Positions 20,182-28,744 of a DNA stretch of 64,000 nucleotides are shown here, in pieces. The position numbers were made by a program, and so were the translations under genes. This stretch comes from an uncultured Bacteriovoracaceae bacterium. Its GTDB lineage: Bacteria > Desulfobacterota > Desulfomonilia > UBA1062. The notes beneath the pieces were generated by a model. That model had not been told where the DNA came from, did no database searches, and saw nothing but the letters and a program-made list of their open reading frames with translations. Numbering within the stretch: the stretch's first letter is position 1; the number at the start of each line of letters is the position of its first letter. The stretch is taken from the NCBI GenBank assembly GCA_964572405.1, contig CAZNGL010000001.1:11553-75552 (forward strand), read 5' to 3'.

Positions 20182-20682
20182 CTATTCCGGGAACAGCAGG
20201 CTGCCTGCCTGGCGGGCGGCATCCAGCCACCCGGCAAAGTCCGATGAACCGGCGGTCTTCTTCACTGCGCCCATGACCCTGCCCGTTTCCACATCCACCC
20301 GTCTCAGGTCGATGCGCATGGCGGAGCCCACCACCATGTACCCCCCGAAGACCATCTCCCTGGCGCCCAGCATCCTGCCCACCCGCAGCCGCGTCTCCTC
20401 GTCTGCAAGCTCAGAGCTGCCGAGCCGGAGTTCCTCCATGACCGCGATGAGCCTGTCCCGCTCCACCACGGTGATGTCCCGTCTCGCCTGGAGGGTCTGG
20501 ATGATCTCGCCGGAAAGGACCTGGCCGAGGTCCGGCCGTGCACCCAGGGCCGGGCTCAGGTCCTCCAGGTCCCACACCGCCACGGCGCGGATCTCCTCAT
20601 GAACGGCCCCGGTGGTGGCACACCCGGTCACGCACAGGAGGCATGCCAGCGCACAGGCCGAAATCGCTAGGCGGCAGCGCAC
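20182..20682 (-). CDS. Lipoprotein with a CsgG-like module
   Basis: Lipobox LLCVTGC. Motif VVERDRLIAVMEELRLGSSELADEETRLRVGRMLGAREMVFGGYMVVGS...RIDLRRVDVETGRVMG parallels the CsgG motifs (ERQGLQNLLNE, GS-IIG, LRVVNVSTGEIL). Confidence 0.55.
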   Translation of the reverse strand: MRCRLAISACALACLLCVTGCATTGAVHEEIRAVAVWDLEDLSPALGARPDLGQVLSGEIIQTLQARRDITVVERDRLIAVMEELRLGSSELADEETRLRVGRMLGAREMVFGGYMVVGSAMRIDLRRVDVETGRVMGAVKKTAGSSDFAGWLDAARQAGSLLFPE

Positions 20683-20686
20683 CTCC

Positions 20687-22636
20687 CTACTCCCTCAGCG
20701 CCTGCTCGTCGAGCTTCTCGATGATCTTGTCGTCCCGGGTGATGGGCCTCGTCTGCTCCACGATACGGCAGTAGGCAAGCCCGGGTTCGGTCTTTGTCAC
20801 CTCGAGAAGGCCCACGTGGGTCGGGGCGGACCTGAGCTTCCGGCTCTTGTACTCCACCTCCCTGCCCTCCTCGATGACCTCGAACTTCGTCCCTGCCACC
20901 ACTCCCTGCTCTGACCCGAGGTTGATCATGACGCGGCCGTCCTTGACCTCCACCACGTAGGCCTTCAGGGGATGCTCCCTGATGACGGAGCCCAGGATCT
21001 GCCGGTTGATCTTGAACAGGTCTGCGCTCTGGGGGCCACCGGGCGCCATCTGCAGGGTGATCACCTTGTCCACTGCGGTGGTCTCGGTGTCGATGAGCCG
21101 CATGTTCAGCAGGGACCCTTCGGCCATGGTGAACAGGGTCCCGGTGCCCAGCACCCTGGCGGCGAGCACCCTGCCGAGCTTCAGGGAGGTCTCGGGGTCG
21201 GCGAGCTCCGAGGAGCCGAGGTTCAGCTCCTCCAGGAGCCTGTCCAGGAGGACGCGGTCCACCACCTTCACCCGGCCGGAGGCCTTGAGCTGTTCTGAGA
21301 GCTGGGAGGTGAGCACGGTGGCCATGCCGTCGCGCTCCGACAGGCCGCCCTGCTCCTGGAAGTCCACGAAGGAGACGACCACGGCCGGAGAAGTCCAGGT
21401 GTCCTCGGGCCTGGGCCGTTTCTGCTGCTCGCGGAACCGCTGAGCCAGCTCCTTCACCAGCTTGTCCACGCGTTCCCTGCGGGCGGTGTCCTGCTGGTAC
21501 CTGAGCCTCTCCATCGCCCTGGCCGCCAGGACCGCGGAGAACTCGTCCTGCCTGTTCACGCCCTGCCCCTGCTGGTACATCTCAAGGGCCTTGTCCCACT
21601 TGCCTTCCTTCTCAAAGGTGACGCCCTTGTTGGCCATGGCCTCCACGTTGTAGGGGTCCAGGGCCACGGCCTGGTCGTAGAGGCTCCGGGATGTCTGGTA
21701 GTCCTTCACGCTGGCATAGAGTCGGCCCAGTTTGTTGTATGCCACGGTCTTCTGGTAGGGCTCTGCCTCGTCCTTCTTCGTCGCGGCCTCGTACTCGTCC
21801 TGGGCCTCCTTCTTCCTGTTCTGGGCGTAGAGGATGTCCGCCTTCACCACGTGGGCATAGGAACGGTTCGGGGCCTTCTTCTGGACCTCTCCGGCAAGGG
21901 CCAGTGCCCTGTCGGCCTTTCCCTGCCGCGCATACACCGCCGCCAGGCCCTCCTTGCCGAGGATCTCGGCCTTGCCGGAGCCCCTGGCAAGCTTCGTGAA
22001 GGTCTTCTCCGCATCACTCACCTTGCCTGCCTTCAGGGCCGCGTACCCGCTCACCGCCAGTGCCTGGTCGTTGTCCGGGCTCTTCCTGGCCACCTCATTG
22101 CCGATGGCCATGGCGAGCGTAGTATCCTTCTGCTGGAGCTTGCGCTCGGCAAGGCGTACCAGCATGACGTTCGTGGTCTTGCCGCCGCCCTGGAACACGT
22201 CCATGACCTTGAGGTTCGGCCCGACGATATAGACCGCAGGGAGGATGGTCCCGGCGCTGTACAGCTCGCTCACCGACCCGGTGTCGAGGAGTATGGGGAA
22301 GGTGGGCTTGGCCGTGGATGCAAAGGCGCTGGCATACTCCCTGGGCGAACGGGTGATGCCCCACACGGAGAGGTTCTCACCCTTGTATTTCTTGGCGATC
22401 TGGTCCAGGCCCAGCAGCCCCTCCTGGGACGGCCGGGATGCCGCGTCGAAAAAGTAGAGCACCAGCATGGGGCTGGCCTTCATGGCGGCCAGATCGTGCG
22501 TCTTTCCCGAGAGGTCTTTCAGCGAAAAGGCAGGCGCTGCCTGTCCCGCTTTCAGGGCATGGACCGGCGGTGCTCCCACCGCGGCCATCGCCAGGGCCAG
22601 CACCAGGCATGGGGCAATGCGTTTGATATAGTTCAT
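20687..22636 (-). CDS. Secreted tri-domain protein: redoxin/thioredoxin-like fold (no CxxC), TPR repeats, C-terminal CsgG-like module
   Basis: Signal peptide MNYIKRIAPCLVLALAMAAVGAPPVHA and an SD before ATG 22636. The AhpC/TSA-like block LKDLSGKTHDLAAMKASPMLVLYFFDAASRPSQ lacks the catalytic Cys. The TPR-like middle contains YNKLGRLYASVKDYQTSRSLYDQAVALDPYN. The C-terminus VVDRVLLDRLLEELNLGSSELADPETSLKLGRVLAARVLGTGTL is CsgG-like. Confidence 0.6.
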   Translation of the reverse strand: MNYIKRIAPCLVLALAMAAVGAPPVHALKAGQAAPAFSLKDLSGKTHDLAAMKASPMLVLYFFDAASRPSQEGLLGLDQIAKKYKGENLSVWGITRSPREYASAFASTAKPTFPILLDTGSVSELYSAGTILPAVYIVGPNLKVMDVFQGGGKTTNVMLVRLAERKLQQKDTTLAMAIGNEVARKSPDNDQALAVSGYAALKAGKVSDAEKTFTKLARGSGKAEILGKEGLAAVYARQGKADRALALAGEVQKKAPNRSYAHVVKADILYAQNRKKEAQDEYEAATKKDEAEPYQKTVAYNKLGRLYASVKDYQTSRSLYDQAVALDPYNVEAMANKGVTFEKEGKWDKALEMYQQGQGVNRQDEFSAVLAARAMERLRYQQDTARRERVDKLVKELAQRFREQQKRPRPEDTWTSPAVVVSFVDFQEQGGLSERDGMATVLTSQLSEQLKASGRVKVVDRVLLDRLLEELNLGSSELADPETSLKLGRVLAARVLGTGTLFTMAEGSLLNMRLIDTETTAVDKVITLQMAPGGPQSADLFKINRQILGSVIREHPLKAYVVEVKDGRVMINLGSEQGVVAGTKFEVIEEGREVEYKSRKLRSAPTHVGLLEVTKTEPGLAYCRIVEQTRPITRDDKIIEKLDEQALRE

Positions 22637-22724
22637 GGTTTTCCTCCCTCCTTGATTTCCCGTCTCTAGTATTAAGGAATATCCCGCCGATGGCAAGATG
22701 CTCTTCCCTCTCAAACCATTTCCC

Positions 22725-23429
22725 TCATTTTCCCTTCAGCAGTGCATCCCGGTGCACCCGGAGGATCTGCACATCGGCCGTCCACTCCTCCAGTTCAGGG
22801 ACGGTCCTTGCACGGTACACGGCTAGTTCCTCGCAGCAGTGCTTGGGGAAGCCCCGGCACGAGGGGTCACCGATGAGCACGGTCTTCCCCGAAGCTGCGG
22901 CGCGCAGGAGCCACCGGTGGTCCTGGCCGTGATAGAATGCGTCTGCAGCCATGATGATACCCCAGTCTCCCGGGATCCCGTCTTGTGTGTCTCCCTGAAC
23001 GGGCCTGACGGCAACCCCATTGAGCAGGGCGTTCAAACGCACCGCGCACAGGGCCACAGGGTCGATATCTGCCGCCGTGACGGACACCGCTCCCGCCATC
23101 GCAGCGGCGATGGCGCATGTCCCTGATCCCGCGCCCAGGTCGACCACCGTATGGCCGCTGACATATCCGGGGTTGTCCAGGATGAACCGTGCCAGACCCT
23201 GCCCTGCCGCCCATGCGAAGGCCCAGTAGGGCCTCGGGCCCTCCCAGGCGAAGAGGTGGGGATCGCCGTTCATGAGCGGGGCGGCGTCCTTCATGGGGGC
23301 GTCCGGACTGAGCAGGCGGAGCCGTATCTCCGGGCACAACGGCGGGGAGACGACCGTGGTGTTCGCAAGGATGAACGCATCAAGGTCATGCGCCGGGGCC
23401 GCCGTATCCTGGAACGCCCTGCACCTCAT
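22725..23429 (-). CDS. Class I SAM-dependent methyltransferase (protein-lysine/RsmC-like small methyltransferase fold)
   Basis: Motif I HTVVDLGAGSGTCAIAAAMAGA and the acidic motif VTAADIDP. The start was set at MRCRAF (ATG 23427-23429), which overlaps the upstream stop by 4 nt (ATGA). Confidence 0.6.
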   Translation of the reverse strand: MRCRAFQDTAAPAHDLDAFILANTTVVSPPLCPEIRLRLLSPDAPMKDAAPLMNGDPHLFAWEGPRPYWAFAWAAGQGLARFILDNPGYVSGHTVVDLGAGSGTCAIAAAMAGAVSVTAADIDPVALCAVRLNALLNGVAVRPVQGDTQDGIPGDWGIIMAADAFYHGQDHRWLLRAAASGKTVLIGDPSCRGFPKHCCEELAVYRARTVPELEEWTADVQILRVHRDALLKGK

Positions 23430-24085
23430 TCCGGCACCGGCCGATGGCCGATGAAGGCATGGTATCCGTTGCCGGGGATCAGCTCCACGACCGCACTCCG
23501 TACGAAGCCCGCATCTTCCATCTGGCGCAGCATCTCGTCTCTTTCCGGGAGCCTCCCCCATCCGCGGGTCCCTGAGTGGATCAGGTTCACCAGTTCGAAC
23601 TCGATGCTTCCGCCCAGGCACCCCGTGGTGATGACGATGCGTCCTCCCGGCCTGAGGAGCCCGAGGAGTTGCCCGAGCACGGTCACGCGGTCTTCGACGG
23701 GGAAGTAGTAGATGTTGTTGTAGAGCGTCAGGATGTCGAAGGGCTCGGAGGAGTGGCAGTCCCTCACGTCTCCCGCCAGGATCTCCACCCGGTCCTGCAG
23801 CCCCATCTCCCGGATGGCGCGGCAGGCGCCCTCCCTGAGGACACCCAGCCGGACCCCCAGGTGAAGCCAGGCCTGGGCGGCCGAGCTCAGCGACGGGTCC
23901 GCGCCGGGCCCTCCCAAGAGGTCCCGATCAGTAACGGGGCCTCGGTTCAGCCGTTCCAGAACGACACTTTCGGCCAGACAGGCAAGGAAGCACACGCGGT
24001 AGAACGTGGTGAACATCAGCTTGAGCCTGAGCAGCACCAGGGCCTTGCCGCCCCTGACCAGGGAAGCCAGTGTCTTCATACGCAT
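23426..24085 (-). CDS. O-methyltransferase-like protein, apparently lacking SAM-binding motif I (degenerate or possible pseudogene)
   Basis: N-terminal winged-helix dimerisation-like segment ACLAESVVLERLNRGPVTDRDLLGGPGADPS. C-terminal OMT motifs RVEILAGDVRD...FDILTLYNNIYYF...LLRPGGRIVI. The usual DVGGGxG block is missing between them. The start is uncertain (GTG 24124 or ATG ~24085). Confidence 0.4.
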   Translation of the reverse strand: MRMKTLASLVRGGKALVLLRLKLMFTTFYRVCFLACLAESVVLERLNRGPVTDRDLLGGPGADPSLSSAAQAWLHLGVRLGVLREGACRAIREMGLQDRVEILAGDVRDCHSSEPFDILTLYNNIYYFPVEDRVTVLGQLLGLLRPGGRIVITTGCLGGSIEFELVNLIHSGTRGWGRLPERDEMLRQMEDAGFVRSAVVELIPGNGYHAFIGHRPVPE

Positions 24086-24145
24086 CCCGTCACCCCTGTG
24101 CCCGTGCGCACAAACCCATGGCACTCCCTCTGACCTGTTTCTCCC

Positions 24146-24481
24146 TTACTTCATGTCCCGGAACTTCACCTCGATGGCACTGATGTCCTCGATGCGCACC
24201 AGGGCATCGTAGAAATCCCTTCCGGCGAGCTTTTCCAGGTGGACAAGGCCGTTGCCCACTGACTTGACATAGCCCTGCAGGGTCTTCCCGGACCGCAGGT
24301 GGACGATGACGTCCTTGCCGACGAGCGGCTTGAGATTGTCGGCAAGGGACGCTGCCGTGTTATAGCCTACCCCTTCGATGGCTGTGATGGACTTGGCCTG
24401 GGCCTGGGGAATCAGGGGCACGCCCCAGCACAGGCTGACGGCCACCACCGCCGCAACGATGTATCCGATCTTGCCCTTCAT
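24146..24481 (-). CDS. Small secreted hypothetical protein (~111 aa)
   Basis: MKGKIGYIVAAVVAVSLCWGVPLIPQAQA signal-like N-terminus. A purine-rich SD (GGAGAGGAGAAAGGAGAGGG) lies upstream. No recognisable domain. Confidence 0.4.
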   Translation of the reverse strand: MKGKIGYIVAAVVAVSLCWGVPLIPQAQAKSITAIEGVGYNTAASLADNLKPLVGKDVIVHLRSGKTLQGYVKSVGNGLVHLEKLAGRDFYDALVRIEDISAIEVKFRDMK

Positions 24482-24572
24482 ACCCTCTCCTTTCTCCTCT
24501 CCATGGTTTAGAAAACAACCACACCGGTGGTACCGCCACGGCACAAATGCCTGCAGGTCCTCCCCGGGTCGG

Positions 24573-25739
24573 TCATCGGGCAGTGAAGCGGACAGAGGCC
24601 GGGCCCGTCACATGCCCGCGTGCAGACACCCCTCGAACCGTGATGGTCAGGGACTGTCCCAGGTCTTTCTTCCTGCAGCTGAATCCATCGCCCTTGAGCA
24701 CCCCCCAGGACCCCGTGCCTGTGCGCATCTCATAGTGGTCGAAATTCAGGATATTGTTCCGGAGCGTGAAGTCATACGCCTTGGGCTGCTCCGTCATTCC
24801 TATCACGATCTGATTGACCGGGGCATACACGAGCTTTGCATCGTGGACTGTCCTGATGGACAGGTTGTCCTTGTAGGTCTTCCACGCGGGATCGTTCTCT
24901 TCACTCTCCGTGGCCCTTGCCAGGTGGAAGAGAGAGCCCTTCTGGTGGGCGAGATACGGCTCGTTCCCTGCGTGGAAATAATTAGACTGGAAGGCAATGA
25001 CCAGGCGGTGGAAGAGCTCGCCGCCTATCACATCGATCCGCTCGGGCCGTTCCGTATCCCTCCTGGGGGTGATCCGCCACCGGGCAGGCTCCTTCCCCGC
25101 AACGAGCTCCTCCTGAACCTCTCTGGCATTCATCGGAGTGCCCTCATCATCAACCCAGCAGATGTTCAGGTCCACATCCTGGACCACCCATTTCTGCAGA
25201 TGTTCGCTCCACACCTCCGTGAACGTGTGGGACGACAAGGGCTTGCCCTGAGAGGACGAGTAGACGTGTACGAGCCGGACCGGGACATCGTACGAGAGCA
25301 GCAGCCCGGCATATGCCACGCTGAAGGGGCCGCAGGTGGCCGAATAGTCCCTGTCGCCCCTGATCTTCTCCAGCATGAGAGGCGGATAGAACTTCACCTT
25401 GAATGCCCCGGAACCATGGCGGGAGGTCTCCCTCATCCACAGACGCAAGGCATGAAACCATTCCACATCGTTGCCGTACCTATCCGCAGGGGGTGGGTTC
25501 AGCTCCCGGATGCGCCGGACCCCGTCTCCGTCGTCCACCATCCACCTATCCAGCGCCTGGTAGGTATAGTCCGCGATGACACCGTCCGAGATCCGGACAT
25601 CGTACTGCACTGCCGTGCCGGCGTCTCCCTGCGTTCGGCACCCCCCGCACCAGGAAAGCCACAGCATCATGACAAGAAACCAGACCGTTTGAAATCTCAT
25701 AAAAATACTCCCCCGCTGCATGGATCCTGTGTTGCGCAC
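24573..25739 (-). CDS. Transglutaminase-like cysteine protease superfamily lipoprotein
   Basis: Hydrophobic N-terminus FLVMMLWLSWCGGC. Candidate Cys-His-Asp core: ATCGPFSVAYAGLL, SHTFTEVW, WVVQDVD. Confidence 0.5.
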   Translation of the reverse strand: MRNTGSMQRGSIFMRFQTVWFLVMMLWLSWCGGCRTQGDAGTAVQYDVRISDGVIADYTYQALDRWMVDDGDGVRRIRELNPPPADRYGNDVEWFHALRLWMRETSRHGSGAFKVKFYPPLMLEKIRGDRDYSATCGPFSVAYAGLLLSYDVPVRLVHVYSSSQGKPLSSHTFTEVWSEHLQKWVVQDVDLNICWVDDEGTPMNAREVQEELVAGKEPARWRITPRRDTERPERIDVIGGELFHRLVIAFQSNYFHAGNEPYLAHQKGSLFHLARATESEENDPAWKTYKDNLSIRTVHDAKLVYAPVNQIVIGMTEQPKAYDFTLRNNILNFDHYEMRTGTGSWGVLKGDGFSCRKKDLGQSLTITVRGVSARGHVTGPASVRFTAR

Positions 25740-25780
25740 TTCCTGAAAGAACTAAAAGGGTGAGAACTCACCTGGCAGGA

Positions 25781-26941
25781 TCAGTCCTCGACCGGTATCA
25801 GCTCCACCGTGAGGGGTTCCCCGCCTTCCTTTTCCACCTGCACCCGGGCCTCCCACTCGTAGTGCCCGGGCATGCTCAGGCGCACCTCGTGGCCCCCCAC
25901 GGGCAGGTCCAGCGTCGTGGGGGCCGTGCCCTTGAGGCTGCCGTCCACGTAGACCTGCGCGCCCGCGGGATCGCTGCTGACCTGCAGGCTGCCCATGTCC
26001 ACCGGCGGCTCCTTTTTTCCCGTGAGCATGAAAAGAGCCACCACGGCAATGACGCAGATGACAGCCAGGGCGGCCAGGATCATGACCAGGGGCCCCTTCT
26101 CTTTCCCGGCCCCGGCCCCTTTCACCCCTTCGCCTGTCCTGAGGAAGGCCCGCAGGGCCTCGGACAGCTCGTGGCCGGTCCTGAAACGCTTCTCCGGGTT
26201 CTTCTCCAGGCACCTGAGGATCACGCCGGACAGTCCCTCGGGCACCTCGGGGTTCAGCGCCTCGGGCCGTGCCGGGGTCTCGCTGGTGATGGCGTGGAAG
26301 ATGGCAGCCAGGTTCTCTCCCTTGAAGGGGCGGGACCCGGTGGCCAGCTCGTAGAGGATCACGCCCAGGGAGTAGAGGTCGGAGCGGCCGTCCACCTTCT
26401 TCCCCATGACCTGCTCGGGGGACATGTAGTTGGGCGTGCCCAGGATCTCCCCCGCCTGGGTCTGGTGGCTCGCCTCGGGGTCCTCCACGTGGGCGATGCC
26501 GAAGTCCGTGAGCTTCACCACCCCCGTGGGCGCCACCATGATGTTCTGCGGCTTGATGTCGCGGTGCACGATGCCCCGGGTGTGGGCGTAGTCGAGGCTG
26601 TCCGCCACCTGGATGCCGATGTCAGCGATCTGCTCCATGGTGAGCGCCCTGTCCCGGGCATAGGCGTTGAGCGCCTCTCCCTCGAGGAACTCCATGGCGA
26701 TGTACACCGTGGACTGGTCCTGGCCCACGTCGTACACAGTGACGATGTTCTGGTGCGACATGCGGCCGATGGCGCGCGCCTCCTTGAGGAAGCGCTGCAC
26801 GAAGTCCTCGCTGCTCACCCGGTCGGGCCTCAGCACCTTGAGCGCGATGGTCCTGCCGATCTGGGGGTCCTGGGCCTGGTAGACCACGCCCATGGAGCCC
26901 TTGCCCAGTTCCTTGACGATCTCGTAGCGGCCGTAGTTCAT
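25781..26941 (-). CDS. ppkA: Ser/Thr protein kinase (Hanks-type, PpkA-like) with TM segment and C-terminal PEGA domain
   Basis: GKGSMGVVYQA...ALKVL (lysine), HRDIKPQN catalytic loop, DFG, GTPNYMSPE. TM segment LVMILAALAVICVIAVVALFML. PEGA-like motif VYVDGSLKGTAPTTLDLPVGGHEVRLSMPGH. Confidence 0.85.
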   Translation of the reverse strand: MNYGRYEIVKELGKGSMGVVYQAQDPQIGRTIALKVLRPDRVSSEDFVQRFLKEARAIGRMSHQNIVTVYDVGQDQSTVYIAMEFLEGEALNAYARDRALTMEQIADIGIQVADSLDYAHTRGIVHRDIKPQNIMVAPTGVVKLTDFGIAHVEDPEASHQTQAGEILGTPNYMSPEQVMGKKVDGRSDLYSLGVILYELATGSRPFKGENLAAIFHAITSETPARPEALNPEVPEGLSGVILRCLEKNPEKRFRTGHELSEALRAFLRTGEGVKGAGAGKEKGPLVMILAALAVICVIAVVALFMLTGKKEPPVDMGSLQVSSDPAGAQVYVDGSLKGTAPTTLDLPVGGHEVRLSMPGHYEWEARVQVEKEGGEPLTVELIPVED

Positions 26942-26944
26942 GAG

Positions 26945-27916
26945 CTATCGTTCCTTTACGAAGGCGATGACGGTCTGGAGCGGCACCAGCAGGCCCGAGC
27001 GGTGGTCGGACTTCATCCTACCCTGCACCACGCCCACGAGGTCCCCCTGCTCGTCGAACACCGGGCTCCCGCTGCTCCCGGGCTCCACCTCCATGCGCAC
27101 CTGGATGAGCGGCTGCCCCTCCACGAGCCGCGGCGGTCCGCTCACCACGCCGGATATCACGGTCCCCGCGTAACCCCTGGGGCACCCGATGGTGAACACC
27201 CTGATCCCCGATCCGGGCGCGGGATCGTGGTTGTTCAGGCTCACCGCGTCTTCGAAGGCCCTGGAGCAGTCGATGAGCGCCAGGTCCTTCTTGAAGTCGA
27301 TCTTCACGATGGCGCCCCCCACACTCCTGCCCGCAGGTGGGATGATGGTGATCTCCGTGGGGTCTTTCAGCATGTGCGCGGTGCACAGGATCAGTCCCGA
27401 GGTGTCCACCACGAAGCCGGAGAGCTGGATGGGCCGGCCCTTCACCACGGCCCGGATGCACACCGACGAGCCCTTGCGGCGCTGCACCTGGGCCGGCACT
27501 TCCCGGGGCGGGAACCCCCGGGCGGAGAAGGTGCCGTCCTGGTAGTCCCCGAGGAAGCTCCACAGGGCATCGGCCCTGCCCTTGAGGGTATCGCCGGACT
27601 TCACCACCGTGGCCAGCGGGGAATTGTATTTCAGCGTGATCTCCCACGGCGCGTTCTGCTTGATTGCCTTGAGCACCACCTTGTCCGCCGGGTTCTCGGC
27701 TGTGACCGAGTAGCCTGCCTTGACCAGCCAGTCCGTTATCACCTGCTCGGCCTCGTACCGGGGGATGTCGAAGACCCTCTCCCGGTCGTCATCGGCGGCA
27801 GAGACGAGCTGCGCTCCCAGCAGGATGAGGAACAGCGCCGGTACCAGAAGCCGCACGGCCAGTGTCCTGATTCCTGACGTGCGGCCGCTCGGGGATTGCC
27901 GGTTGCCCGTTGTCAT
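26945..27916 (-). CDS. Secreted trypsin-like serine protease (S1/HtrA-like fold, no PDZ)
   Basis: Signal peptide. Catalytic triad context CTAHML (His), DLALID (Asp), GSSGSPVFD (Ser). Confidence 0.7.
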   Translation of the reverse strand: MTTGNRQSPSGRTSGIRTLAVRLLVPALFLILLGAQLVSAADDDRERVFDIPRYEAEQVITDWLVKAGYSVTAENPADKVVLKAIKQNAPWEITLKYNSPLATVVKSGDTLKGRADALWSFLGDYQDGTFSARGFPPREVPAQVQRRKGSSVCIRAVVKGRPIQLSGFVVDTSGLILCTAHMLKDPTEITIIPPAGRSVGGAIVKIDFKKDLALIDCSRAFEDAVSLNNHDPAPGSGIRVFTIGCPRGYAGTVISGVVSGPPRLVEGQPLIQVRMEVEPGSSGSPVFDEQGDLVGVVQGRMKSDHRSGLLVPLQTVIAFVKER

Positions 27917-28632
27917 GCGATCCTCGCCAGTACCACTGTAACGTTGTCCTTTCCCCCGGCCGTCTTGGCGTCATCGATGAGCCGGCCCGCCATGTCCTTG
28001 AGTGCGAGGCCTTGCGCCATGCATCGGAGGATCCTGTTGTCATCGATCATATCGGACAGACCGTCCGAACACAAAAGGAAGATGTCCCCCGGCTGGCACC
28101 TGCCCCTGAGGATGTCGAGCTCCACGTGGTCCTTAGACCCGACGGCGCGGAGGATCACATGGCGCATGGCATGGGTGCGGGCCTCCTGTGCGCTGATGAT
28201 CCCCCTGTTCACCTGGTCCTGTACCAGGGAGTGGTCCACGGTGAGCTGCTTGAGCTCGCCTGTGCGGAGCCGATAGGTGCGGCTGTCGCCCACGTGGCCG
28301 ATGACCACCTCGTCTCCCCGGACCGCGAGTATTTCGGCGGTGCACCCCATTCCCGCATGGTCGGGATGCGCTGCCACATGCTGGAGCATCCGGGTGTTCG
28401 CCAGGGTGAAGGAGCGCTTCACCTTCTCCTCCAGGCCGGCCGCATCATCCTGATCGGTGAAGACCTCCACGCAGGTGTCCACGAAGATGCCGCTCGCGAT
28501 CTCTCCCGCAGCAGCGCCTCCCATGCCGTCGGCCACGGCGCAGAAGCCCAGGTCGGGCCGCGTCGCAAAGGCGTCCTCGTTGTTCGTGCGTTTCAACCCC
28601 ACATCACTCGCGCCGTAGTACTCCACCTTCAT
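27913..28632 (-). CDS. pppA: PP2C-family Ser/Thr phosphatase (PppA/Stp-like)
   Basis: SDVGLKRTNNEDAF, VADGMGGAAAGEIAS, LLCSDGLSDM and DNVTVVLARI motifs. Confidence 0.85.
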   Translation of the reverse strand: MKVEYYGASDVGLKRTNNEDAFATRPDLGFCAVADGMGGAAAGEIASGIFVDTCVEVFTDQDDAAGLEEKVKRSFTLANTRMLQHVAAHPDHAGMGCTAEILAVRGDEVVIGHVGDSRTYRLRTGELKQLTVDHSLVQDQVNRGIISAQEARTHAMRHVILRAVGSKDHVELDILRGRCQPGDIFLLCSDGLSDMIDDNRILRCMAQGLALKDMAGRLIDDAKTAGGKDNVTVVLARIA

Positions 28633-28744
28633 ACTCGTGACCTTCCTCTCATCTCAACCTGCGTCATTGTCTGGACGGTCGCCCGGGACCATTCCCAGGG
28701 AGATCCCTGTGAACTTCATCTCAGCCAGGACACTTTCACTCCAT

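Noticed and set aside
24085-24124. Track start (GTG 24124, MPWVCAHG...) for the OMT-like gene
   Set aside because: The downstream ATG at ~24085 (MRMKTL) with an AGGGGTGACGGG SD-like sequence is more plausible. Either way the protein lacks SAM motif I.
25760-27877. 705-aa plus-strand ORF spanning the kinase and protease region
   Set aside because: Antisense artefact (His/Arg/Gly/Pro-rich). The minus strand encodes a Hanks kinase and S1 protease with intact catalytic motifs.
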